From a virus (taxonomy: Duplodnaviria; Caudoviricetes), in IMG/VR virus record IMGVR_UViG_3300032365_000086, positions 1-27,100 of that record: a stretch of DNA of 27,100 nt, one strand, 5' to 3'. This document shows positions 16,236-24,031 of the stretch, piece after piece. The position numbers and the translations under genes are program-made. The stretch's first letter is position 1. Each line of letters starts with the position of its first letter. The notes under the pieces are model-generated. The model was not told the origin of the DNA. It worked only from the letters and a program-made list of their open reading frames with translations, and did no database searches.

Positions 16236-16556
16236 GTGACACCGAAGCTAATCAAGAGCGTCGCCTTGATGCAGCAAGCAATCGCGAGCGCGCTTGATGA
16301 GGCCGGCGCCGAGATGGAGGCCACGGCCAGGCAGATAGTTCCCGTTGATACCGGCTTCCTGCGAAGCACCATCTACCACAAGGTAGACCCCACCGACCTC
16401 ACCTTGGAGTTGGGTGCCATGGCCGACTATGCACTCTACGTTGAAATGGGGACCAGGTTCATGACTGCGGAACCATACATTCGCCCAGCCTTCGACCAGG
16501 GTGAACAGAAACTTCTCGACAACCTGGTGCTTGGCATCATGGCAGGGTTCGAGTAG
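16236..16556 (+). CDS. HK97 gp10-family tail completion protein
   Basis: VPVDTGFLRSTI, YALYVEMGT and AEPYIRPAF. Confidence 0.92.
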   Translation: MTPKLIKSVALMQQAIASALDEAGAEMEATARQIVPVDTGFLRSTIYHKVDPTDLTLELGAMADYALYVEMGTRFMTAEPYIRPAFDQGEQKLLDNLVLGIMAGFE

Positions 16557-16604
16557 TCTTCCAAGTCACAGTCTCGTTGAGACCTGACGGAGCGTGAACA
16601 ATCT

Positions 16605-17045
16605 TTGGTAAAATATGATGGTGATGAGGTTGAAGTCCGCATAGGAACAAGTGTATCCAACGTTACCACAGCCCCCGTGTTGACCAACCTTGAGAGCGTC
16701 TCATGGAACGAGGATCCAGGCATCGTCGAAGTAGCCGTAGGCATCGGGTCGCAGGAAACCGAAGTTCATGACAAACTCGTCAAGTATGCAGGCACACTTA
16801 CACGATGGCATGATGAGCTCTCTGTGGTCTCAGGCGGAACTGGTACACTTGCAAAGAACGTGGGTGCATTCACAAATCCCAAAGTGCCGCTGTGGATTCA
16901 GGTTAAGAACAAGACAACCAGCCGCACGGTCACATTGAACAACTGCCTCGGCAAGTACACAAACGACCTCAAGAGCCCTGATGGGTTCCTGATGGAAACC
17001 TGGGACTTCAAGTTCAACACGGCGACCGAGTCGCCTAGCCCATAG
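16605..17045 (+). CDS. Major tail tube protein
   Basis: 146-aa beta-rich protein (ESVSWNED, YAGTLTR, ETWDFKF) between gp10 and the chaperone/tape measure genes. Confidence 0.75.
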   Translation: MVKYDGDEVEVRIGTSVSNVTTAPVLTNLESVSWNEDPGIVEVAVGIGSQETEVHDKLVKYAGTLTRWHDELSVVSGGTGTLAKNVGAFTNPKVPLWIQVKNKTTSRTVTLNNCLGKYTNDLKSPDGFLMETWDFKFNTATESPSP

Positions 17046-17073
17046 AATTTCTAGCTGATTTTTCGTCGGCTAG
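17046..17073 (+). terminator. Pyrimidine-loop hairpin after the tail tube gene
   Basis: AATTT-CTAGCTGA-TTTTTCG-TCGGCTAG (8-bp stem, one G-U pair). Confidence 0.6.
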
Positions 17074-17090
17074 ATTGGAGAGATGGAGAT

Positions 17091-17405
17091 ATGGAGAAAT
17101 CTACCTTAGCGAAAGCAGACCACAAGCCCCCCAACACTATTTCTTCCGGCGCAACTCCGTCTAGCGGTAGCCCCGACCTGCAATTCCTCGTCAGCTTCGG
17201 CGCCGTGATCAGCTGCAGGCTTGGGGATGTGGAGCGGATCCGCAGCCTAATCCAAGGGACCGGTGGACGAATCGTATTCCAAACGGTCAGCAACGGACCC
17301 CTGTTTCTGTTTCGTGCTGGCCAGGTGGAGAGGGCCCTGAACGGTGATCTTTCAGCGCTTGCTGAGATTCACGGAAAGAAAACAAGAAGGAGTGAGAAGA
17401 TTTGA
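17091..17405 (+). CDS. Hypothetical protein
   Basis: GGAGA upstream; TTGA overlap with the chaperone gene. Confidence 0.55.
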   Translation: MEKSTLAKADHKPPNTISSGATPSSGSPDLQFLVSFGAVISCRLGDVERIRSLIQGTGGRIVFQTVSNGPLFLFRAGQVERALNGDLSALAEIHGKKTRRSEKI

Positions 17406-17773
17406 GTGAGAAACGGGAAGCAATCCTGGAAGCTCGAGCGCAGAACAAAAAACTGGCCGACCTCATCACCAAAGGCACCAATTACCATGAACCCGTCGAA
17501 GTCAAAGGCATAGACAACGAACCACACAAGTTCGAAGTCTCGCCCATGTCCGACGCAGACCTAGCAGAGCTCCTGCAGTCAACGAACGTGGACTTGAAGG
17601 ATATCGGCAACAAGGAGAAGATGGCGGCGAATATGCAGTTCCTTCAGAAAGGCGCCGGCATCGTTACCGGTGTCCCAGATGTGGCGAAGGCTTTGATGCC
17701 CATGGAATCCCTGAAATTGATTTTGAAGTCGTTCGAGCTCAGCGGCCTGACAGGGATCCCAAAAGGCGCCTGA
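17402..17773 (+). CDS. Tail assembly chaperone (gpG-like)
   Basis: Position before the tape measure gene, FEVSPMSDADL motif, slippery site just before the stop. Confidence 0.8.
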   Translation: MSEKREAILEARAQNKKLADLITKGTNYHEPVEVKGIDNEPHKFEVSPMSDADLAELLQSTNVDLKDIGNKEKMAANMQFLQKGAGIVTGVPDVAKALMPMESLKLILKSFELSGLTGIPKGA

Positions 17774-17925
17774 GTTCTTTCGCAGAGGGATCCGTCTACT
17801 CGGCCCCTCTCGAGATCCTAGTATCCGGGTTCGGATATCGGCTGTCTGACTGCATGGACGAGCTCACCCCCTTGCAGCGAAACTGGCTGCTTCTGATTTG
17901 GAAGAAACAACATCCGAGGAAGTGA
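17402..17925 (+). CDS. Tail assembly chaperone gpGT-like product via -1 frameshift at 17758-17764
   Basis: C CCA AAA heptamer is in the correct phase. The -1 frame is open to TGA 17923-17925, ending 5 nt before the tape measure start. Confidence 0.8.
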
Positions 17926-17930
17926 ACTGA

Positions 17931-20333
17931 TTGAGCGTTAGCATTGGCAGCATAGTCATGACCATCCGCGCCATCGACGAAGCGTCTGGCGTGATGGGAA
18001 AGATTTCTGCCTCCATGGGCCTAATCGGCATGGAGCTCGAGACCCTCGGCCCAGGCTTCGCGCAACTAGGTCAAGTCATCCAAGGCTTCGCCGTGGGCGG
18101 CCCAACCGGTGCGGCGATCGTGGGCATCGGCGAAGTCGTCAAGGGCTTGCAGGACAGCGTTACAGCTGCCGGCAACCTGCAGACCGTGTGGGGCAACCTG
18201 CAATCGGTCATGCATTTGACCGGCGACGCATGGACCACGATGAAGACTCAGGTCGACGCCCTCGTTGAATCCTTGCGAACAACCACAACCTTCAGCGACA
18301 CCGACCTGATTGGTGCCTTTCAATCATTGATCACCTACGGCATGAGCTCCGCCCAGGCGATGCAGGGGCTGTCTGCTGCTGTGGAACTCGCGGCAGCCAA
18401 ACACATTGATCTCACCACCGCAGCCTCAGCGCTCGGAAAAGCGTTTGACGGCAACGCCATGCTGCTTCGCCGATACGGCATTGAAGTCGCCACAGTAACG
18501 CAAGAGACCTCCTTAGGCACTGAAGCAATCAAAGAGATGGGCGTCAACCTACTAATCGCCACGGGCCCGCAGCTCACCGCCTTCACGGCAGCCATGGCTG
18601 ATGCCGGTTTGGCGGTTCAGGATTCCACGGGGAAGATGTTGGGCCACGCGGCCATTTTGAAAGAAATAACCGACGCTTGGAAAGGCGGGACGATTGACGC
18701 TACCCAGCTGTCTGCGATTGTGGGCGCTCTCGGTATCAACTTCCAAAGCAGCAAAGCACTAGCGATGGACTACTCGCTCGTTCTCGCAAAAGTGAACGAC
18801 CAGTACGGCGGAGTCGCCCAGGCCCAGGCAACCACCTACGCCGGCCTCCAGGTACAACTAGGAAACGCGGTGCAAGTCCTCGGTGAGAAGATTGGCACCA
18901 TACTCCTGCCGGCCTTGACGTCTATTCTGCAAGCAATCATTCCGATGGTTGATGCTTTCACGAACGCCGTCCCCGCGATCGAGGCGTGGATCGCAGCGAT
19001 TGGCAAGCTTCCTGGGATCCAGGGCACGATAAGTACCTTTCAGGGCATATGGAGCGGCCTCACAAAATCAATGTCGGACGCCTGGGATTCCGTCAAGGGC
19101 GACCTTCTGCCGGCACTTCAGCAATTGCAGGACGCCTTCAACCAGCTCAACGTGGCCCTGCAACCTCTCTGGGATGCCTTCAACGAACTGTGGAAAGCCA
19201 TCACGGGATCCAACAGCGACTTCAACCTGTTCAAAGCCATCCTGGAAGCGATCGTTCTCGTCATCAAAGGCCTCACTGTCGTGGTTCAAGTATTGACGCC
19301 AATCATTCATCTCATCGCGGACGCGTTCAAGGCAGCCGCAGACTTCCTGGTCCCAATCCTGACGGCAATACGAAATGCGGTCGGGGGATTCTTCGACTGG
19401 TTGATGAAGGGATTTCAAGCCTTCTACGACTGGCTGGTCGGCCACTCTCTCTGGCAGGACCTGTGGAACGCCGTTCTCAGCGTGGTCGCGGATATCGGCG
19501 GCACCTTGAAAACAATTTTCGTTCAAGCCTTCTCGTTGTGGACTGATGTCTTCAACATTGGAACAGAGACCATCAAGAACATTCTAGTCACGGGATTCCA
19601 GGTCGCCTTCACCACGGTTCAAACCGTGGTGGCGGGCGCAACGGCCGTGCTGAAGTCCATCTTCCAGGGCTTCGTTGACATGCTAAGCCCAGCCCAAATG
19701 ACCTGGGACCAACTCGTTGCCGACGTCATGAACGCCACAAGCAACATGAAAGGAACGGTCAGCGACTTCCTCTCCTGGTTGGTGTCTTACTGGAAGACAC
19801 AGGTCACTGCGGTCGCAACCTTCACGGCCGCAGAACTTCAGATCCTTCAGGGCCTCGTAACGGCCTCCTCGGCGACACTGCAGGCCACGTGGCAGTCGAT
19901 GTTGGACAGCATGGTCTCTTCAACGCAAGCCGCATTTCAAGTCATGGTCAATGACATCTCAAGCCAAGTGAACGCAATCGTCGCCACCCTCGAAGCCGCC
20001 AAGGCGAAAGTCTCAACGCACTCCATCTGGCCGGACATGCTGGCTGAAATGGTTGCCCAAACCCACGCGGGGATGGCAGCGATCCAGGGAGAGTTCGCGG
20101 CGGGATTTGAATCCCCTAGTGGAATCATCCCGAGAATTCAGGCAGGTGGCCAAGCGGCCCTCGCGGCCACCCCAAGCGTTGCGCCGGCAGCCGGCGCCCA
20201 GGGAAGCCAAGCCATCACTCTGCCCATCATCGTCAACCTGGATGGCCAGCAGATTCAAACTTTCATGGAGAAGCGCATGGTGGACACGCTCCGGCAGAAC
20301 GCCGGCCGAAGCAAAAGGTCGGGAAGGGTGTAA
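17931..20333 (+). CDS. Tape measure protein
   Basis: 800 aa, Ala-rich and helical. N-terminal IRAIDEAS, periodic Trp/Phe, HSIWPDM, C-terminal IIVNLDGQQI. Confidence 0.93.
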   Translation: MSVSIGSIVMTIRAIDEASGVMGKISASMGLIGMELETLGPGFAQLGQVIQGFAVGGPTGAAIVGIGEVVKGLQDSVTAAGNLQTVWGNLQSVMHLTGDAWTTMKTQVDALVESLRTTTTFSDTDLIGAFQSLITYGMSSAQAMQGLSAAVELAAAKHIDLTTAASALGKAFDGNAMLLRRYGIEVATVTQETSLGTEAIKEMGVNLLIATGPQLTAFTAAMADAGLAVQDSTGKMLGHAAILKEITDAWKGGTIDATQLSAIVGALGINFQSSKALAMDYSLVLAKVNDQYGGVAQAQATTYAGLQVQLGNAVQVLGEKIGTILLPALTSILQAIIPMVDAFTNAVPAIEAWIAAIGKLPGIQGTISTFQGIWSGLTKSMSDAWDSVKGDLLPALQQLQDAFNQLNVALQPLWDAFNELWKAITGSNSDFNLFKAILEAIVLVIKGLTVVVQVLTPIIHLIADAFKAAADFLVPILTAIRNAVGGFFDWLMKGFQAFYDWLVGHSLWQDLWNAVLSVVADIGGTLKTIFVQAFSLWTDVFNIGTETIKNILVTGFQVAFTTVQTVVAGATAVLKSIFQGFVDMLSPAQMTWDQLVADVMNATSNMKGTVSDFLSWLVSYWKTQVTAVATFTAAELQILQGLVTASSATLQATWQSMLDSMVSSTQAAFQVMVNDISSQVNAIVATLEAAKAKVSTHSIWPDMLAEMVAQTHAGMAAIQGEFAAGFESPSGIIPRIQAGGQAALAATPSVAPAAGAQGSQAITLPIIVNLDGQQIQTFMEKRMVDTLRQNAGRSKRSGRV

Positions 20334-20336
20334 TGA

Positions 20337-22856
20337 ATGGCTGGCGTACTGAGCCTGAAAACATCGGGCGCGATTCTGGCTGAAACTTGCGAGAGCTACC
20401 CGAACGGCTGGTCTGCTGCCACTGACGACTATGGCAGTGGCGCGGTTGTGTCGCCTGGGCATAGTGGGAGCTACGGCTTCCAACTCGCCGACGCCGCCAG
20501 CGTCCTAGCAGGCGCGTACATGCGATTGTACAAGAGCGTAGACCTCAAAACCGGGTCAACTAGAATAGCTCGTATCTTTCGGGCCGCAGGTACGCTAGTA
20601 ACATTCAGCTACGCGCAGAATCCTTTCACTGGCGCCACGATCCCGCAGCCAGTGAACTCTGCCTACTACACGACCACTATCACCAGCACCGATGGCGGTG
20701 GGCAGTACGAGTACATGATCTACGACAAAGGAAGCCTTGGTTTCATCATCCTCGAATTTAATTGGCCTGTGGTTGGTGAAACAACTGGCCACATCTACAT
20801 CGACACCTACAACAGCAGCGGCGCTGGCCTTGAGACGCGGACCGATTGCGGACCAATTCCAAGCGGCTCACACGTGTACGAGGTTGTTTGGGTATCAGGC
20901 AAAGTAACGCTCTACCTGGATGGGTCCCAGATTGGTTCCACCAGCGACGCTTCAATCCCCACTCCCGGTACGTATCCAGGCACTCCCGGGCCGCAAGGCG
21001 GCGGATACACAATCGCCTCTTGGAGTTATTTCGGCTCCATCGGCGCTGTTTGGAATGCAAGCTGCACGCTAGGATCCCAGACTCTGCTAGACTACGACAC
21101 TACAACCGGCACCGGCACCGTCGACAACGGTTTCTATGATACCGGTTGGGTTACGGTGACGCCCACCGGCGTGCAGACTGTTGAAATGAAGCTTAGGCTG
21201 TATTCGGGAGGCCTCTCGCAATATCCAGCGGTCATAGTCACCGCAATCTTCGACGATCTCATCATCATGGCGGATTCCCAACTCACAATCAGCGGCCTAC
21301 TGGCCGGCATGAAGGTTGAACTTCTCGACGCAGGCAACGTTGTGCACGGCTCAGTGACGTGCCCGGTGACGAATCAGGACGTCTACATTACGGGCATAAG
21401 CGCACTCATCAACACTGCCTATGGTTTTTCTGGCTACTTCAAAGTGTACAACGTAGACGGGACCACGCTGATTCATACGACTTCGCTGGCGCCGGTTTGG
21501 GGCGGCGACGTGTGGCAGTGGGTCCCGAATCAAACAATGATTTCGACGAGTACCACAACCACGCAGATCTACCGCGCCGGCAGCGGGCTCTCCCCGGGCA
21601 GCGCTGTTGTTACGGCCACTCTAACGGACCCATCTACCGGCAACCCAATAGTCGGCTTGACTCTCACGCTGACAGCGGTTCTAGGGACCTGCAGTCCTAC
21701 AAGCGGCACCACTGACGCGTACGGGAAGGTGACGACGACCTACACGCCTGGCTCGAGTGGTGGCCTGGGCGGTGTTTGTGCAAGTTACGCGGGCAGTTCA
21801 ACTTACAGCGCCTCTCTAGGGCAGCAGCTCATCGACATCTATTACGGGCAGATAGTTCCAGACGCCTCGAAGGACTTTCAGGTCTTCCTGGAAGGGCAGG
21901 AGCTCGTGGTTGCCACCGGGAACTACAAGCTGTCCGCTGACTTTCTCCCTCAAGCCTTCACCCTCGTGAGTCCGCAGCTGAACACGCCGGTTGGGGGATG
22001 GTGGTATGTTGCCATCTATCGTCGTGGAACATTGGAGTTTTCCGGCCGGATCCTAACCCGTGACCGCGTAGGGGGCGCAACGCCGCAGCTTACACTCACA
22101 GGTCTCGACGAGAAGGTGATGCTGCAACGGCGTGTGGCCAACCACATGTACCTCGACGACCCGAAGAACATCATCACGGACCTGCTTACTCGCTACCCCT
22201 GCGGGATCACCGCGGGAAGCATCGCCCTATACGGATCCTCAATTCTTCTGCCGGCAACATACGAAAACCTGTACGACGCGTTGATGCAGGTCGCCAATCT
22301 CACAGGCTGGGTATTCCGCCTCAACGCCAATCGGACACTTGACTTCGCTTCAACCTTCGGCACGATCAAATCGATCACGATCGCTTCCGGTGGCGGGGAA
22401 GCTTCGGCGGACCATAAAGAGGATTGGAGTAAGATCGACACAACGATCTACGTGATCGGGAGCGCGGCAGCCGCTTCACTTGTCGGCACATCAACTGACG
22501 CCCTCGCCACGCTCGGCTACGGCTTAATTGAAGAAGTGTTCCTGGAGAAGAGTTTGACCACGCAGGGTACAGTGGACCTTCGGGCGCAAACCCTCCTTGC
22601 CACAACCAAGAGCTTCATTGAAACCATCACGCTGAACTGGATTGATACCCTGGCCACCGGCGCCTACGGGCCGTACGATATCGTCACCGTCACAGACAGC
22701 GACCTGAACCTGTCAGGGACCTACGTGGTGAACACGATTCAACGCGACTTAACCGACGCGAACAAAGTCTCACTCGCTTTGACCAATCGCCCCCTAACGA
22801 TCGCTGACGCCCTTCAAGCTGTTCGCGCAGTCGTCAAGGATTTGGCGGTGTCCTAG
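20337..22856 (+). CDS. Tail-tip hub (Tal/gp27-like) with N-terminal lectin-like and Big_1 Ig-like domains
   Basis: HVYEVVWVSGKVTLYLDG (ConA/LamG-like); VTATLTDPSTGNPI...GTTDAYGKVTTTY (Big_1-like); C-terminal FSGRI...YDALMQVANLTGWVF...DIVTVTD hub pattern. Confidence 0.75.
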   Translation: MAGVLSLKTSGAILAETCESYPNGWSAATDDYGSGAVVSPGHSGSYGFQLADAASVLAGAYMRLYKSVDLKTGSTRIARIFRAAGTLVTFSYAQNPFTGATIPQPVNSAYYTTTITSTDGGGQYEYMIYDKGSLGFIILEFNWPVVGETTGHIYIDTYNSSGAGLETRTDCGPIPSGSHVYEVVWVSGKVTLYLDGSQIGSTSDASIPTPGTYPGTPGPQGGGYTIASWSYFGSIGAVWNASCTLGSQTLLDYDTTTGTGTVDNGFYDTGWVTVTPTGVQTVEMKLRLYSGGLSQYPAVIVTAIFDDLIIMADSQLTISGLLAGMKVELLDAGNVVHGSVTCPVTNQDVYITGISALINTAYGFSGYFKVYNVDGTTLIHTTSLAPVWGGDVWQWVPNQTMISTSTTTTQIYRAGSGLSPGSAVVTATLTDPSTGNPIVGLTLTLTAVLGTCSPTSGTTDAYGKVTTTYTPGSSGGLGGVCASYAGSSTYSASLGQQLIDIYYGQIVPDASKDFQVFLEGQELVVATGNYKLSADFLPQAFTLVSPQLNTPVGGWWYVAIYRRGTLEFSGRILTRDRVGGATPQLTLTGLDEKVMLQRRVANHMYLDDPKNIITDLLTRYPCGITAGSIALYGSSILLPATYENLYDALMQVANLTGWVFRLNANRTLDFASTFGTIKSITIASGGGEASADHKEDWSKIDTTIYVIGSAAAASLVGTSTDALATLGYGLIEEVFLEKSLTTQGTVDLRAQTLLATTKSFIETITLNWIDTLATGAYGPYDIVTVTDSDLNLSGTYVVNTIQRDLTDANKVSLALTNRPLTIADALQAVRAVVKDLAVS

Positions 22857-22858
22857 GC

Positions 22859-23161
22859 ATGCAGGTTCAAGGCTTGACGCTTCCCCAGGTGGAGCTCATG
22901 CGCCGGATCAGCAGCCTCCTGCTGGGCAAGCAACCCATCTCAGGCCGAGGCATGGAGTACACGCGGCAGCTGGCCACAAACGGTGACACCTGGGAAATCA
23001 ACGGTCTCACCGATCGTGTAACCCTAGAACAGCTCTTCGCAATCCCACACCATGGTTCGGTCTGGGTTACAGACCCTGACCGCGGAAACTTCCACGCAAC
23101 CCTCGAAGTGGTAGCTGCCTGGGTTGCAGACGACGCCCCAGAGCTCGAGCGAACCGCTTAG
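22859..23161 (+). CDS. Distal tail (Dit/gpU-like) protein, apparently C-terminally truncated
   Basis: N-terminus aligns by eye with 25890..26642 (GxTLPxV...P[IL]xGRxxxY...G...[WF]x[IL]xG). It lacks the final YTxxL strand. Confidence 0.6.
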   Translation: MQVQGLTLPQVELMRRISSLLLGKQPISGRGMEYTRQLATNGDTWEINGLTDRVTLEQLFAIPHHGSVWVTDPDRGNFHATLEVVAAWVADDAPELERTA

Positions 23162-23326
23162 TCACCACTCCCCGATTCCCATTCCAATTAAGTGTAGAAT
23201 GAATCCCTCAAGCGTGTCGCTGCGTTTCCTCTGCACAGGATTGACTGCGTGCCTATTCTCTTCCCGCAATCGTTCGATTTCTTCGAGAGTCGGCTCAGGA
23301 ACTTCAAGGATTACTCTCAACACCAT
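23162..23326 (-). CDS. 54-aa ribbon-helix-helix-like protein, the only credible minus-strand gene
   Basis: MVLRVILEVPEPTLEEIERLREE...TLEGFILHLIGMG shows a strand-helix-helix pattern. Its stop abuts the + strand stop at 23161. Confidence 0.5.
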   Translation of the reverse strand: MVLRVILEVPEPTLEEIERLREENRHAVNPVQRKRSDTLEGFILHLIGMGIGEW

Positions 23327-23417
23327 CGCTTCGTCAGGTTTCGTCGCTGCCTTCCCAAAACCATTGTGGTCACGCCGAAACGCGAGACAAAAACACTTCT
23401 GCGAGGTGATTCTGAAA

Positions 23418-23969
23418 ATGAAACCAGCATTAGAACTTCGTGAGCACGCCAACTGGCACCCAGTCTGGACCATAGACCGCTTCCAAGATGAGGATGGGGA
23501 AGTCGGCAAACTTTCGAAACGAGGCATGTCCATTCAGCGTTTGAATCACCTGTTCGCGGAGCAGTATCTGGGACGCTCAAGATACAAAGGTAACATGCTT
23601 CTGAACGCAGGCATCAACGTGGCTTGGGGCCTGATCTGCGGAGCGGGCGGAACAGCCTTCGACAACACTCACGCGTACATTGGTGTCGGTGACTCGTCGA
23701 CCGCAGCAGTGGCAACACAAACAGGCATTCAGGCTGGCTCGAACAGGCTGAATGTGGCCATGGACGCGACGTATCCACTCGCGGCAGCTGCACAAGCAGA
23801 GGTTTGGCGTTCAACCTTCACCAGCGCACTCGCAAACTTCGCATGGAACGAGATCGTCGTTTCGAACGCTAACGATTGGACTCACGGTCTGAACCGGCTT
23901 GTGCAGACAATGGGCACGAAGGCGTCCGGGGCCACGTGGGTTGCGAGTTTGACGATAACGTTGTCGTAA
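23418..23969 (+). CDS. Tail collar/fibre-attachment-like structural protein
   Basis: GNMLLNAG, YIGVGDSSTAA..TQT, ANFAWNE, LNR and GTKASG motifs. GAGGTGA before ATG 23418. Confidence 0.75.
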   Translation: MKPALELREHANWHPVWTIDRFQDEDGEVGKLSKRGMSIQRLNHLFAEQYLGRSRYKGNMLLNAGINVAWGLICGAGGTAFDNTHAYIGVGDSSTAAVATQTGIQAGSNRLNVAMDATYPLAAAAQAEVWRSTFTSALANFAWNEIVVSNANDWTHGLNRLVQTMGTKASGATWVASLTITLS

Positions 23970-24001
23970 ATTTTCTTCGCTGAGTTTTCTTTCCTCTCAG
24001 C
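23970..24001 (+). terminator. Pyrimidine-loop hairpin
   Basis: ATTTTCTTC-GCTGAG-TTTTCTTTCCT-CTCAGC directly after the stop. Confidence 0.6.
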
Positions 24002-24031
24002 ACGCTGACCGCCTGAAAGAGTTGTATGTGA

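Noticed and set aside
23124-23417. Long N-terminus of the 281-aa ORF and of the 123-aa minus-strand ORF
   Set aside because: The two overlap each other. GAGGTGA supports ATG 23418, and ATG 23326 gives a compact minus-strand gene.
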